DNA from: Rozella allomycis CSF55
Lineage: Eukaryota
Assembly (NCBI GenBank): GCA_000442015.1
Contig: KE561047.1
Coordinates: 1-64,000, forward strand
Reading direction: 5' to 3'
Length of the DNA: 64,000 nucleotides
The notes under the pieces are model-generated. The model worked only from the letters and a program-made list of their open reading frames with translations, was not told the DNA's origin and searched no databases. Position numbers and translations under genes: made by a program. This document shows positions 50,556 to 63,870 of the stretch, piece by piece; position 1 is the first letter of the stretch; each line of letters opens with the position of its first letter.

Positions 50556-52394
50556 TTTGTCTTCTTGAAGCGAATTATAATGCTCCTCTAATTGCATCTG
50601 CGTCTCCATTTGCTGCTGGAGCCTATTCTCCAACTCTCTCTGGTTTCTCATCTTGTTTTGCAGTTCGGCTTCAATAAGCGCCTTTTCTTTTTCACTAGCG
50701 TGATCGTATATTCCTTCGCCTCCTACAAGCAATTGGTTCTCTAGCTCCTTTAGCTTTTGATCCAGTCTTTCCTTTTCTTCCTTTTCTCTTTCCAATTCTT
50801 TTCTTTTATTTTCCATCTCTATCTTCACTACATTATCTTGTTGCGATTCCGTTGTTTCCGGCAAGTTTTCTTCATGTAAATCTTCTTCGTCGGAAATTGT
50901 GTCCTCGTGTGGAATCACATCTTGATTTACTTCATTAACATTCATTCCTTTCTCTCCCTTTGCCTTCTTTTCTTCAATCATCTTTTTTAATCGTTGAATT
51001 TCTTCTTGATATTCTCTTAACAATGCATCTTTAGGATCCTCATTAATCTTGGGTTTGTTCTTTATGCTCTTTGCTCTATTCGCGTATCTCAGACTACTCA
51101 ATGTCTCTTCATAATTANAACACTCTTCCCATCAACTAGCGCGGAAATACAGTTGCCCAGTGCGGACAATGACAGGTTTATTTTAGTAGCCTCCTTCAGC
51201 CTCTCTCCAGTTGCCCCAGTTTTTGATTGTCTTTCGCTACCTGCCATATCAACCAAATGTAGCTTTCCAGCTTTAATCAAAGTATTCCCATTAACATGAG
51301 TTTCAGAAGACTCAACTGTTATGGTGGAATGATCGTGACAAATGCTCATTCTGATTCATGTTCGTTGCACCAACTATTCTATTCTTTTGACCAACATTCA
51401 TCANTTTCTGTCACGTTTGTTAAATGCAAGCTATGTTGCTTCGATAAGTAATCGGCGAGTGATACGATGTCTAATTAACGCATAAATTTGACAAGTCCTT
51501 GAGGTGGTGCGGGGAAATGACCAAAGTGGCGCGGGGAAATGATCTAACAGAACAAATTGCAAGAAGAAATCAAGATTTCTCTGACGTTAGCAAGAAAATG
51601 AGGTTTACGCTTCCCATTCAAGGCGCNCTTTCTCGTTGTATATTCCTAAGTATGAAGCACGGACAAGAAATCGCTTACACAGCGAGTCATTTATATTCGA
51701 GAATATCTGAGAAAACGAGTTTGGTATTATTCCGCCCAATTCAGGAACAATGAAGATCACGCACTCCTTCCATGGTAAAAATTTTCCTGTTCCAGTCTTT
51801 GCTTACTAGGCAAATATAGTCCCATTNCACTCAACTGTTATGGTGAAAATGGAGTGTGATCGCGACGAATGCTCATTCATGTTCGTTGCACCAACTATTC
51901 TATTCTTTTGACCAACATTCATCAATTGTTCCATCTCTTGAATACTCTTGACAACAAAATTAGATAAATCTTTCACATACACACCAGTTTCAGGATGTTC
52001 TTTTAGTTCCAACCCTTTAGGTGTTTTGCTCAATAAATCCCTCACTTCCTCGTTGTATATTTCTAAATATGAAGCGCGGACAAGAAATTGCTTATTCGGN
52101 ATTTATAATATCAGACACACAGTGTATCAATACTATGAGTTTACATGTTCACGAGAACTGTGATTTTTGAGAAATATTCTAAGTAGAAAGATATTTTTAG
52201 ACTATAAGNTATCGATTGTTACATTTTTTGAATACTCTTTACAACAAAATTAGATAATCTTTCACATACACACCGGTTTTAGGATATTTTTTAGTTCCAA
52301 CGCTTTAGGTGTTTTGCTCAATAAATCACTGACTTCCTCGTTGTATATTTCTAAATATGAAGCACGGACAAGACAAAAAATCGCTTACTCGGCG
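50556..52394 (-). pseudogene. Out-of-order, partly degenerate kinesin-II (KIF3-like) fragments: neck/stalk, switch II and switch I
   Basis: [88 protein letters not shown]; blocks separated by single n. Confidence 0.8.
51501..51545. repeat. Two inverted copies of the same GG(T/C)GCGGGGAAATGA motif
   Basis: ggtggtgcggggaaatgacc and gtggcgcggggaaatgatc. Confidence 0.7.
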
Positions 52395-52395
52395 N

Positions 52396-53050
52396 CGTGG
52401 TAAACCATAATTCTGATGTGAATTGACTGCCTCTGTCACTAACAATGTTTTTTGGTATTCCATGAAATTTAATGATACCATTAATCAATAATTTAACGAC
52501 TTCGTCTGTTTTGCATTCTTTTGTTACTGGAAATAGATGAATCATTNTTCTGAATCAGGTAAATCAATGATAAAATCCATAGATATAGATTCCCAGGGCT
52601 TGTAAGGTATTTCTAGCGGTTGTAACAATCCATATGGTTTATGTTTGTCACTTTTCTCAGTTAGACAAGATTTGCATTCTATTATATATTGTTGAATATC
52701 TTTAAACATATGTGGCCACCAATACTTTTTTGCAATTTGATTATATGTCTTCTGTACTCCTGGATGGCCTGATAATGGATAATTGTGAAANGTCTGTACT
52801 CCTGGATGTCCTGATAATGGATGATTGTGAAATTGAAATAGAATATCATTTCGACACAACTTGGGAATATATATTCGATTGTTAAACCACAATAAATTAT
52901 TCATCGTTTTAAATTTGTTATTTGTTTCATTTTTCTTTTGTATACAGAATGTATCTGATGTTGTTGCATTTTGTAGCTTGCATAACGATAACAAAGTTTT
53001 ATATTTAATTAAGCATTTTTCGATGTTCGTTTTAGCATGTTCTTTCGTAT
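52396..53050 (-). mobile_element. Ty3/Gypsy LTR retrotransposon integrase fragment
   Basis: HHCC zinc finger H..P.SGHPG..KT....YWW...C..C, GLLQPLEIP..PWESISMDFI, HGIPKNIVSDRGSQFTS. Confidence 0.9.
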
Positions 53051-53414
53051 TATTTGCAACAGGATGTCGCAAACCTTTCATCCGATTCCTTTGCGCGGGC
53101 GACCGATGAGACGATTTCTTTGAAGTGCGATTCGACGATGACGTGCAGTTATTGCAGCAGACTGAGGGAGGGGACGGACCGATCGAGCCGGATTTTCGTT
53201 GTGATTGGTACCAGAAGAATTATCTTGTTTGCATTTCGGTGGCTTGAATTTCCGTTTGATTGCGAGGCATTCATTTCATTTTTATTTTGAGTTGAAGTAT
53301 TTTCCCATGTGCCATTGTCTCTCCTACGATAACCTAAACATTTTTCATATATTAGACTTACTGCATGATTAATTTCAATATAAAAATTTGGAGGCGCAGT
53401 TTTTCTATTTTCAT

Positions 53415-55200
53415 TCAAAATTGATCAATTGCACATAAACCCCTGTCCGAAGAAAGATTGGTCACGTGCGGATAGAATTCTTTGAGATACGAATAAGCAC
53501 CAGGGCAAGATACAACATGTTCACGCGATAGCATTTGATTACATTGTTTACAAGATTGATGACGAGCAATATTGCCACAACACCAACGAAGGATAGTCTG
53601 TCTCATTTTAGGGTCAACGTATATATTTGGTCTTAACAAATGATGATGGCCCTCACTTGCTTTTGTCTCAATGGATTCGGATATAGTTGAAGGATAGAAA
53701 GGTTCAATAGAATCAATATGTTTGGCCTTGAGTCTGTCTTTACAGTACATTTGCGTGATACAAGATGGTTCGCGTTTGAGAGTATTGAATACATGATTTA
53801 ACTTTTTAGCCCCCGGCCATAATAGATTCTGACTTACTATGGGTTCAATCAAGGAAGTTTTGTTTCGATCTGATAAGCCACTCCACCACAATCTGACATC
53901 TGGACTTGTCTTGTTTGTAGAATTATGCAATTTTTCTGCGAACCTGATAGAGATAGTTGCGTTCCTAGCCTTAATGAATTCGATGAGTAATAAATTGTGG
54001 AGTGCTTTTATCCGTAGACTATCCTTCTAAGAATAACATTTTGGGCTTTTTGTAACACATAACGTGCAGCTATCGGGATCATACTTAAACTCAGACCGTA
54101 TTATAGTTGTGGGCGCATAAAAGTTTTATAGACATTTACACTTGCAGATATTGGCCAGTCGGATCCATTAAATCCACACGTACTTAACATACATGCAGTT
54201 CTCTTAGCTTTCTCAGACCTTGCCTTTACAAGAGACATCCAGTCGATTCCGAAGGCATTGAATGGCATTCCTAAATAGTCAGCAGTATCTATGCGGGACG
54301 GGGGTTCATTGTATAATTTTAGATTTACTTTGTTACGAAAGATATAAACAAAACACACTTGTCAGGAGCAAATCTCATTCCTACGCGCAAGCTCCATTCC
54401 TCACAAATTTTCAACAAAGTAATTGCATCTTGAACATTTTTACAATGAATATTTCCATCATCGGCAAAGAACAGACAGTTAGTTCCATAGCCTCCGGTAT
54501 TGAGCTTTGGAGTATCTTCTTTCATTAGTTCTTCAATAAGCTCATTGATAAAGAAATTAAATAGAATTGGATTTAATGAAGAGCCTTGTAAAAGGCCCCT
54601 TTTGTTCTCTAACGGATGCGACATTTTTCTATTTATAAACTAATTTTGATGAAATATAGTCAAACACGGCCTTAAGTATTTCAATTACTGCATTTGGAAT
54701 TTGGAATTTGACTTTGAGTCGTTTCCATAAAAGTCTTCTATCTACAAGGTCATAAGCAGCTTTGAAGTCCAAAAAGATTTTTATAATAGAGCCATTGTTT
54801 CGAATTATTTCACTCAAGCTAAATATAGAATGCATAGTAGATCTATTCGGTCTGAACCCGCCTTGGAAGGGTTACGGCAAGGTGCAATAAAGGTAGCAGT
54901 CATCGCTCATAGAGACGACGCGAGACGCATGTGAGTGCTATTGGTCTATAATTCTTGATTTCCTTGTCGGATCCTTTCTTTTTATAAGTGGAAACGATTA
55001 ATGCCTGTTTCCATTCTGCCGGGATACACTTAGTATTTGAAATACATGAAAATAGAAAATGAAGAGCTTTAGCAACTGGTTCACCACCATAGTAGTAGAC
55101 TTCGGCCATTAGACCAACCGCCCCAGCTGCCTTACCCAGTGCCATAGATCTGATGTTTGCAAGAATAGTAAGTTAGTTCATCAATATTAAATACCGACTC
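53415..55200 (-). mobile_element. Degenerate non-LTR (LINE) reverse transcriptase with C-terminal Cys/His finger
   Basis: GKAAG, NYRPIALT, QGGFRPNRST, FLDFKAAYD, GLLQGSSLNPILFNFFI, FFADD, YLG, CKQC...EHVVSC; frameshifted. Confidence 0.9.
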
Positions 55201-55429
55201 ATTTACATCGCCCTCAATATTTGTTTCATTGTTTACATTATTATATTGATGCTGTTCTTCTAGTATCCTATTGCATCCCTCCCTATCAGGCTCGCTCAAG
55301 ACTTTTCACATACTATTTTCAATATTTTCACCTCCCTCATCACTCAAAATATTGTGTTGATTAATAGAAATAGATGGATTAATAGAAACACCACTCTGTG
55401 TATGATTNATTACATCTAGGCTTGCTTCA

Positions 55430-55590
55430 TTTACATTCAATATTTTATCCCCTTTGCTTTCTTTTCTTCAATCATCATTTTCTATTTTTTGAATTTCTTC
55501 TTGATATTCTCTTAAAAATGCATCTTTAGGATCCTCATTAATGTTGGGTTTGTTCTTTATGCTCTTTGCCCTATTCGCGTATCTTAGACT
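55430..55590 (-). pseudogene. Additional degenerate kinesin-II neck fragment
   Basis: Diverged copy of about 50940-51098 ([14 protein letters not shown]). Confidence 0.75.
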
Positions 55591-56229
55591 ANAAAAAGTG
55601 ATGCGGTATATATTGAATAAAAGATTTATTAATAAACAATTTCATAATCTGGGTACGAAATGTACTTGAATTGAAATCTGATCTATATATTCTAGAATCT
55701 ACAAATGAAAATTCTATTATTCCAACAATTTCAATTTCTCATCTATTTTCTAACGGCGAAGGCTCATGTGAAGCGGACAATGTAAGTGAAAGTGGAAATA
55801 AAATGTATGTTGTTGAATCTTTGTTGTTTTCTAATAGAATAGTGAATTCCTTAAAGACATGGCTCGAAAAAGAAAAACAATCATTCAAAATACTTATGAA
55901 AATACATTGCAAATCATCGACGAAATTCCAATTGACAAATTTATAAAATTCAAAAAGACTTTTTCAAATACTCACAAGGAATTTAAAGATTAAGTTAAAT
56001 CTAAAATGCCCATCCATTCAGGGTTGATTCTATTAAACATTCTGCATTCCAGGAAATAAATTTCAAGGAATTGGAAGATTCCAAAGATTACAAAGAAATC
56101 GATGTCGATGAATTGGATGAAGAGTCCCACTTGACTGCTATTATTCAATCGTTTACATTCATTAAAAGAATGTGAAAATACCCTTGCATCATTTAAAAAG
56201 CAAAAGAGATCAAAATTTGATTCTACATC

Positions 56230-57420
56230 TTTCTCAAAGTGTGAAATTTATTGGCCAACTCGAAGCTCTGAATGGGATTATTTTCCGCAGGATATCATTA
56301 GAGCTAATGATCTTGGTGTGACTTTGCTAGGTGGAGCTTTAGGAGACGGAAGACTTGCTCTGGATATTCTTCACAAACGCATTGATCAAGTCAAAGAAAT
56401 TTTGAAGCAGTTGCAGCTTCTCGAAAGCAGTCAGATACAACTTTTGCTGTTGCGTTCATGCATCGGGCTGCCGAAAATCTCCTACTTTATGCGTACTCGG
56501 AATCCCTCAACTGTCCTTTCTGGGTATGAACGTTTTGACGGTCTCCTAAGAAACACTTTGGAAATTATTGGTGGAGGTGTTTTGTTAGACAGAGCTTGGC
56601 TGCAGGCCTCGTTGCCAATCAAAGAAGGTGGTTTGGGTATCTTGTCGGCAGTGACATGTGCCAACCCAGTCTTTATTGCCTCAATTGTCCAGACTGCAAA
56701 GCTTTGTTCGCAAGAGTCCTTTTTAGCTATTGTTACTGAGAGTGGAGAGCCTTTTGATTATGATGTTTTGTCAGAAGTCCCGAAACCGCAGCATTTTCTA
56801 ACTCAGTGTATTCATACATCCAGTAAGAAGAGTCTCATGTCGACGTCTTTAAATGATCGTGAAAAGGCCCGCCTCCACTCAGTTTCCATTAANTCTTTAT
56901 TGCCTCAATTGTCCAGACTGCAAAGCTTTGTTCGCAAGAGTCCTTTTTAGCTATTGTTACTGAGAGTGGAGAGCCTTTTGATTATGATGTTTTGTCAGAA
57001 GTCCCGAAACCGCAGCATTTTCTAACTCAGTGTATTCATACATCCAGTAAGAAGAGTCTCATGTCGACGTCTTTAAATGATCGTGAAAAGGCCCGCCTCC
57101 ACTCAGTTTCCATTAACTACTCTTGTGCTTTTTTGAATGTGGTACCTATTAAAAGTTTGGGTCTTGCTATTGAATCCAAAGTTTTTTCGGCTGCTCTTCG
57201 TTTGCGTTTAGGACTTACCCATAGGCGATCCTGATATCGTTTGTGCCTCAGCTAAACGTGTCGAAAGACACAATGACATTGTGCGTGTGTCCGCTGCCGC
57301 AGGACGTGATGTTGGCGCTAGAGTTGATTTGGAACCTTCTAGATTATTTCCTGATGATAAGAAACGTCCCGATTTTACAATCGCTGCTGGAGTGGTGAAT
57401 TTACTGCTTTTGATGTAGCT
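56230..57420 (+). mobile_element. CRE-clade non-LTR retrotransposon 3' fragment (RT thumb + restriction-like endonuclease)
   Basis: SKCEIYW, GVTLLG, LLLRSC, QASLPIKEGGLGI, AFLNVVP..LGL..F.AALRLRLG, RHNDIV, EP...KRPDF...AFDV. Confidence 0.75.
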
Positions 57421-58223
57421 GCCCCAGTTTTTGATTGTCTGTCGCTACCTGCCAAATCAACCAAATGTAGCATTCCAGCTTTAATCAAAGTATCCCCATT
57501 AACGGCAGTTTCAGAAGACTCAACTGTTATGGTGGAGATTATGTGATCGTGACAAATGGTCATTCATGTTCGTTGCACCAACTATTCTATTCTTTTGACC
57601 AACATTTATCAATTGTTCCATCTCTTGAATACTCTTGACAACAAAATTAGATAAGTCTTTCACATACACACCAGTTTCAGGATGTTCTTTTAGTTCCAAC
57701 CCTTTAGGTGTTTTGCTCAATAAATCCCTCACTTCCTCGTTGTATATTTCTAAATATGAAGCGCGGACAAGAAATTGCTTATTCGGCGAGGCATTTATAT
57801 GCGAGAATATTTGGGAAAACGAGTTTGGTATGATTCCGCGCAATTCAGGAACATCACGCACTCCTTCCATGGAAAAACTTTTTCCTGTTCCAGTCTGCCC
57901 ACTTTGTTGCTTAATATAGTTGCTTACTAGGCAAATATAGTCCCGTTGTATCCTTCCAAAACTGCATCAACAATTGGCCTGGCAGTCATGTTGTATACAT
58001 CAATCTTTAATTAGATTACTTTGATATATGTTACTTGTTTGCTGTTATCGTCATACACGTAATCGTATGTAAATGTTTTCGGAGTTTCTTGTTGTTTCTT
58101 TGGATTCTTTATCGTGACCGCACATGATGATGCATCAATGTCTAATATTTTGATTTCATTTTGGCGTTTTTCTCTCTCGTTAAATGGTCTACAACGGACT
58201 GCTACTTTTACAGATTCAGACAT
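57421..58223 (-). CDS. Kinesin-II (KIF3A/B-like) 5' half; degenerate after switch I and truncated against the retroelement
   Basis: [20 protein letters not shown], spliced [18 protein letters not shown]-loop, [14 protein letters not shown]. Confidence 0.85.
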
Positions 58224-58307
58224 TTATTTGTTTACTTAACAAAGATTACCCAATACAATATCAAACACTTTTAGAAAATGATGATGGATTAAATAAAGTT
58301 TATTGAC

Positions 58308-60046
58308 TTAAATTGACTGTTTATGCTTTTTATAAGCTGCAAATGAAGCGATTCCTAGTACACCAAGTCCGGCCACGATTCCTCCAACAACAACTGTGGC
58401 ATTGGAGTCACCATTGTTATTGTCATCAGCATTATTATCATCCATTTGAACGGTGGATTTGTTTGCGATTTCTTTCTTTGCCACTGAGTCTTGTGGGACT
58501 TGCGCAAAATCTTCAGTATCCTTGACAGAAACATTTGGAGGAACAATTTCATTTTCATTTTGTTCTTGTACTATATTCTCTTTTTCAACCTCTTTAACCT
58601 TAACTTGATCAATGCTCTTCTTAATATGTTCAACATCTACTACAGTGTTATTAGATAATGATTCTTTTGCATTAGTTGATGTTTCCTTTTCTTTAGGCAA
58701 TGGTTCTACTACTGGCTTTTTCACAGTCTTGGACTTGAGGCTTTTGACATTCTTGACACTCTTGAGAATCGCTGAAACAGAAAAACTATAAGGAATCATT
58801 CCACGAACAGAGTAATACAAAATAACAAGAAAAACACCCACACTAATTTAATTGATATCTTAAATTGTTACCTTTCTTTAACAGAAATGAACCCTATAAA
58901 GTTTAAATACTGAGTAATTGACCAAGCCTTGATTTGCTGATCAGGTGTTGCTTCAGATGCTGCTTCCTTAAGATCTTCCACACGAATTTCATCTTTGACT
59001 TTGACAGTAAAACTGGCATGAGGAGATGGCTCTGCAAAGTTCACGCCATTACCATTTGAATCCTTTTCACCGAGCGCTTCATCTACTTTCTTTTTAATAT
59101 CTTCTATATCAGCATCTTCCATATTCTCGAGTTTTTTTTTAATTTCAGTTTTAGTTGGTAATGCATCCGCAGCAATTTCATTATTTGTTGGTAACGCATC
59201 CGCAGTTGTCGTTACTGTAGTTGAAGGCGTGCCGGGACAAGTAGAACCTTCGGTAGTAACGTGACAAGTAGAATCTCCGGTGACAACAATGCTACTTACC
59301 TTTGGCAATTCTACAGGCTTGGTAGACATCACAGCATCAACAGTCGTTTCTGAAGTGTAAGCAGAGTTTGCTGTTGTCACACCTGGGCTTGTAACCGTTT
59401 TAACATTTGGCACTATTGTGCTTGCAGCTGTTGTTGCGACATGAGATTCACCATTGGAAAGATTAACAAGTCCCTGTTTGACAAGTTCAGGAATACCGCC
59501 AAATAGATAACCAACAACTCCTAAAAACGAGACTGCTGCTATTCCTTTCTTAATAGTTGAATGATCATCTTGGCCTCCAGATTTACCAGCAACAGCAGCA
59601 GGAGCAGAAGCAGGTGGTGGCAACTCATCACGACGATTTTCATTATTTTCAAGGCTTGGATTAAAGCTTCCACCATCATCAACTTGAGCCAATTCAAGAG
59701 GATTTGGAGAATTCGGGAGAGAATCATTATCGTCATCATGAGCAGCGGCCGATGTGTGATCATCTTGGCCCCCAGTTTCATCTTTATCAGCGACAGGAAA
59801 TCGATCAACGGGAGGAGCAGGAGCAACAATAGCACCAACCGGAGGAGCAGTAATGCGTTCATACGTCCAGCTATCGCTAGAATGATCAGAAGAATTATCA
59901 TCAAAGTCGTGAGCGGAACGAGCAACACCTGCAGCAAGATTTATGCCGTTTTGACTATTAGAATCGTCGACAGGGCTTGCTAACATAGAGATGACATTTG
60001 TACTATAAAGAGTCAACGCAACAGTTAAGATGCTAGAGAGCAACAT
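58308..60046 (-). CDS. Orphan low-complexity membrane/surface protein (signal peptide, acidic/Pro and Thr-rich regions, 2-3 hydrophobic segments)
   Basis: Two exons (intron at about 58845-58872); internal repeats GGQDDH x2 and ADALPT x2; C-terminal TM VVVGGIVAGLGVLGIASFAAY followed by KKHK. Confidence 0.7.
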
Positions 60047-60469
60047 TTTTTCTGTGTGGCTTGAGGAAAAACCGTCGTAATTACTAAAATTACATCTTAA
60101 AATTATTTATAGATTGGAGTACAAAATTTAGATTGAAATAAATAGTCATTACCTATAAATAGAATACTGAATGAGTCGCACTTTTTTATCGAAATTATTA
60201 TTGTTCCAGGATGTGATTCTAATAATCCCCTTTTAAGGTAATAAATCGATTATCGAATTTCATTATTGCTCTATTTTCCTTGAGAAAACATGACTTTACT
60301 TTTCATAGAATTAAATTCTTTCAGTCAAACATGGCTAAGAGCAAATTAAGACATAGCTGTAAAATTAAATTTGTTGCCCCTAATAAATAAATTATCATTT
60401 ACAGTCAAGAAACAGTTTCTTAATAATTTTGAGTTGAGCAAGGTGGCTCAGTTTGGGCGCCAAAATTGT

Positions 60470-62366
60470 ATGGTCAGTAATCGCAGAATAACTCGTTCTT
60501 CAGCACCCGAGAGTGGTTTCAAGTGGATAGAAGCTGATAAGAATCGCCAATCCTTTTCTTATGATGAGAGACAATTTTCTACAGGACAAGCTATATCGTT
60601 CACATATGAAGAAACAAATATGTTTGGCGTTATCAACATTTGTAAGCAAGACACGAATAAGAAACCAATCCTCTTAGTTAATCCCTTGGTTGAAAATGCT
60701 GATCTTGATCAACAATGCAGATTAAAGAAGCCGAGGATTGTAAGAAGTTTAATGTTGAATGACTAGGGTGAGAGATTCTTGAGAATAGATCAAACAATTC
60801 AAATCAAAATTGAAAATTTGGCGGGCCATATCAATTTAACGCCCACGTGCATGAAAAGAAAAAGGGCAGATACAGTTTTCGTAGAGTTCGATTATGACGG
60901 GAAGAAAAAGACATTGACTAAAACTTTATTATTTAAAGAAGATTCAGAAGAAGAAGAAGAAGTGAAGAGTGAAGATGAATATCTTACGGCGTCATCAATT
61001 GAATCAGAAGACGAACAAGTTGAGGATGAAAGCAGTAGTGAGGAAGAAATGCAAGTTGTTTTGAAAACACCAACAAAAAAGAGAAAGATTACACAAAATA
61101 CACAAAAGAATAGAAAAAAATTAATGAAAATGCCAATTTTGAATGAATCTGAAGTTGAGAGGAAAGAGGCTGGGACCAATTTTGAAAAAGCGCGGGAAGC
61201 TTTGCATGTTTCCAAAGTCCCCAGATCACTTCCATGCAGAGAAAACGAATATACTGATTTATTTTCATCGATTTATAATTCAATTGAAGAGAACCAGGGA
61301 TGTTGCATTTACATTGGTGGTGTTCCTGGACAAGGCAAAACGGCCGTAGTGAAAGAAGTGATTCGCCAGCTTGAAGAACTTTCAAATTCTGGTCAAGTAA
61401 ATCTATTTAAAGAAAATCAATCTAGTTGAGGAGCTTCAAGTTTTCTGAAATCAATGGAATGAAGTTGACGGAGCCTTCCCAAGCGTATTCAAAGTTGTGG
61501 GAAATGATTGGCGAAGAAACAATTTCATCGAGCCAAGCTTTAGACAAATTAGAAAAACATTTCAAAAAACCAAATAAAAAGGATTGCTGTGTTGTTTTGC
61601 TTGACGAGCTGGACATTCTCGTTACGCAAAAACAAACTGTTATTTACAATTTCTTTGATTGGCCAAACTGTCCAAAATCTTCTCTCATCGTTATCGCAAT
61701 CGCAAACACCATTGATTTACCTGAAAGAATGTTAAAAAATAGAATTTCTAGCAGAATGGGAATGAAAAGAGTAAATTTTCAGCCTTATTCACACTTTCAA
61801 CTAATGGAAATCATTAAATCTCGTCTTGGTGAGACAAATATACTTTCAGACGATGCAATTCAACTTTGTGCAAGAAAAGTTTCAGCTGTCAGTGGTGATG
61901 CACGAAGAGCACTTGATATTTCCAGAAGAGCTGTAGAAGTTGCAGAACAGAATGGAATCGCTCAAGTTGATATTTTATTGATGGACAAGATTATTAAAGA
62001 AATGTATTCTTCATTTGCCGTTCAAACAATTCAGCACGCCTCCTTTCATCAAAAAATGTTTCTCGTGTCGATCTTGTCAAAATCAAAGTCTCTTGGAATT
62101 CAAGAGATTCCACTAAATCAAGTAATTTTAATTTATTTTCATTATAGATAATTACTCATTATGCAACCGTGTGCAGAATGCATAGCATCGACCCTCCACA
62201 TTTTTCAGATCTTTCCATCATTGCCTCAAGTCTACAGCACATGAATTTCATAACTGCTGAAACTGGAAACATTGAAGTTTCTCATAAAATGAGATTGAAT
62301 ATTCAAGAATCAGAATTAAAGTTTGCATTGAAAGACGAAGACTTTTTCAAAAAGATATTAAATTAA
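60470..62366 (+). CDS. ORC1: Origin recognition complex subunit 1
   Basis: LHVSKVPRSLPCRENE, Walker A GVPGQGKT, Walker B LLDELD, IAIANTIDLPER, SGDARRALDI. Confidence 0.93.
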
Positions 62367-62413
62367 ATAAACATATAGACACTTTTTATTCTTTTTATTT
62401 ATTCTATTTTATC

Positions 62414-63832
62414 ATGTTTGACTATCGCCAGTCACAAGGGTACGAACAGCCAGTTCATATTATGACAGTCCCTTCAAAACAAGACACTTTGAAAAAATGT
62501 GCCAGGTGTGATGTCCAAGATTTTTTGTTGCCTTTTCAAAACTTTGAGTTTAAGAAACTAAAAGAAACAGATCACCGGTTTACATTTTTGTTCGAGTCTC
62601 ACATGGAAGAAAAATGTTATTTAAAAGCTCTAGATTTATTTGACGCCATGTTGGATCCCAAAAGTGTGCCACCAAAGTAATAACGAAAGTGTTTATTCAA
62701 AGGGACACAATTTTTCAAATTTGGAGTCAATTGCTATGGAATACAGAAGATATTAACATTGCAACACAAGCGTATGTTGTTTTAAAAAAGTCATTGCAAA
62801 CTTACAAGCTGATATCAATGAAGCCACTAAAGAAAGATTCTGGCGGTATTTGGAATATTTTAGAGAAGATATTTACAGAATATAAATCAAAGGTAGCTAA
62901 TTTAGATAATTTAAATTAGATAATTCAAGCTGAATGGGCACTTGAAGTTTTAAATGATTTCATAGAATACGACTTGATGTATCATACTTGTAAGAAGACT
63001 TGTTAAATCTAATTTAGTAATAGAAAAAGACCTTTATAAAACGATTCTTGCGAATATTTTAAGCTATGGATCTACTTTTCCTCAGTTTACATCAAGACAT
63101 TACGACGAATTTACCACCCCATTTACCCAGGAAGAAGAATTGATTAGTGAGGGATTTCTTCATCAGATTCAAAGATTCTTAAATTTTGTAAACTCTTTAT
63201 ATTTGAATCATTCTGTAGACGTTTATCTGTGGAGTCGAGAAGAATATGTTTTGTCGAATGGATTTCTTTTTTAATATGACGGGAACCAAGTTTGCTAATC
63301 TTCCATCGTATGAGAATAAGAATTACTTTTTAATGGTATCAAACTTTTTACTATTTTATAGACTACAATATCAAATTCACTAAAATTTTGGATCATTGAC
63401 TATTATTTTACTTTTTACAAATATGACAAGGAGTTATCAAGGGTACCTGAAGAGTACAAGAAACTTTCAAATGATAAAATGATAAGTTCACTAAAAATTG
63501 TGAATTTTCATTCATACCTGATATTCCACAGTATTCCTGGCGGTTATTCAATTGATGATTTTAAATCAGTTTTGTATAATTTAAAGTTCTTTATTATCAT
63601 GACAATTAGCTACTTTAAAAGTATCGAAAAGGTGAATAAATCAGAATTTCAATATTTAATCGAAAATCAAGCACGACTGTTCAAAAGGCTAGAAAAAGAA
63701 ATCCAATCATGCTTCAAGAACCATAAAGACTATTATAGAATGGCAAATAAGATTTTGGCCTGTTTCAAAGATGAATTTCAAGAGTTTGTCCCTGAATTCA
63801 ACAATGCAGAAATTGTAATTGAAATTGAATAA
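62414..63832 (+). CDS. Hypothetical multi-exon protein
   Basis: Collinear ORF pieces separated by short GT-AG introns; no recognisable motif. Confidence 0.55.
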
Positions 63833-63870
63833 ATTTCAAAATCGTATCATTAAATAACAATATTTTTTTA

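Noticed and set aside
55600-56200. AT-rich ORF fragments
   Set aside because: No recognisable motif and multiple stops; cannot be assigned.
56671-57115. About 220-bp exact direct repeat in the CRE element
   Set aside because: Identical copies joined by a single n; assembly overlap.
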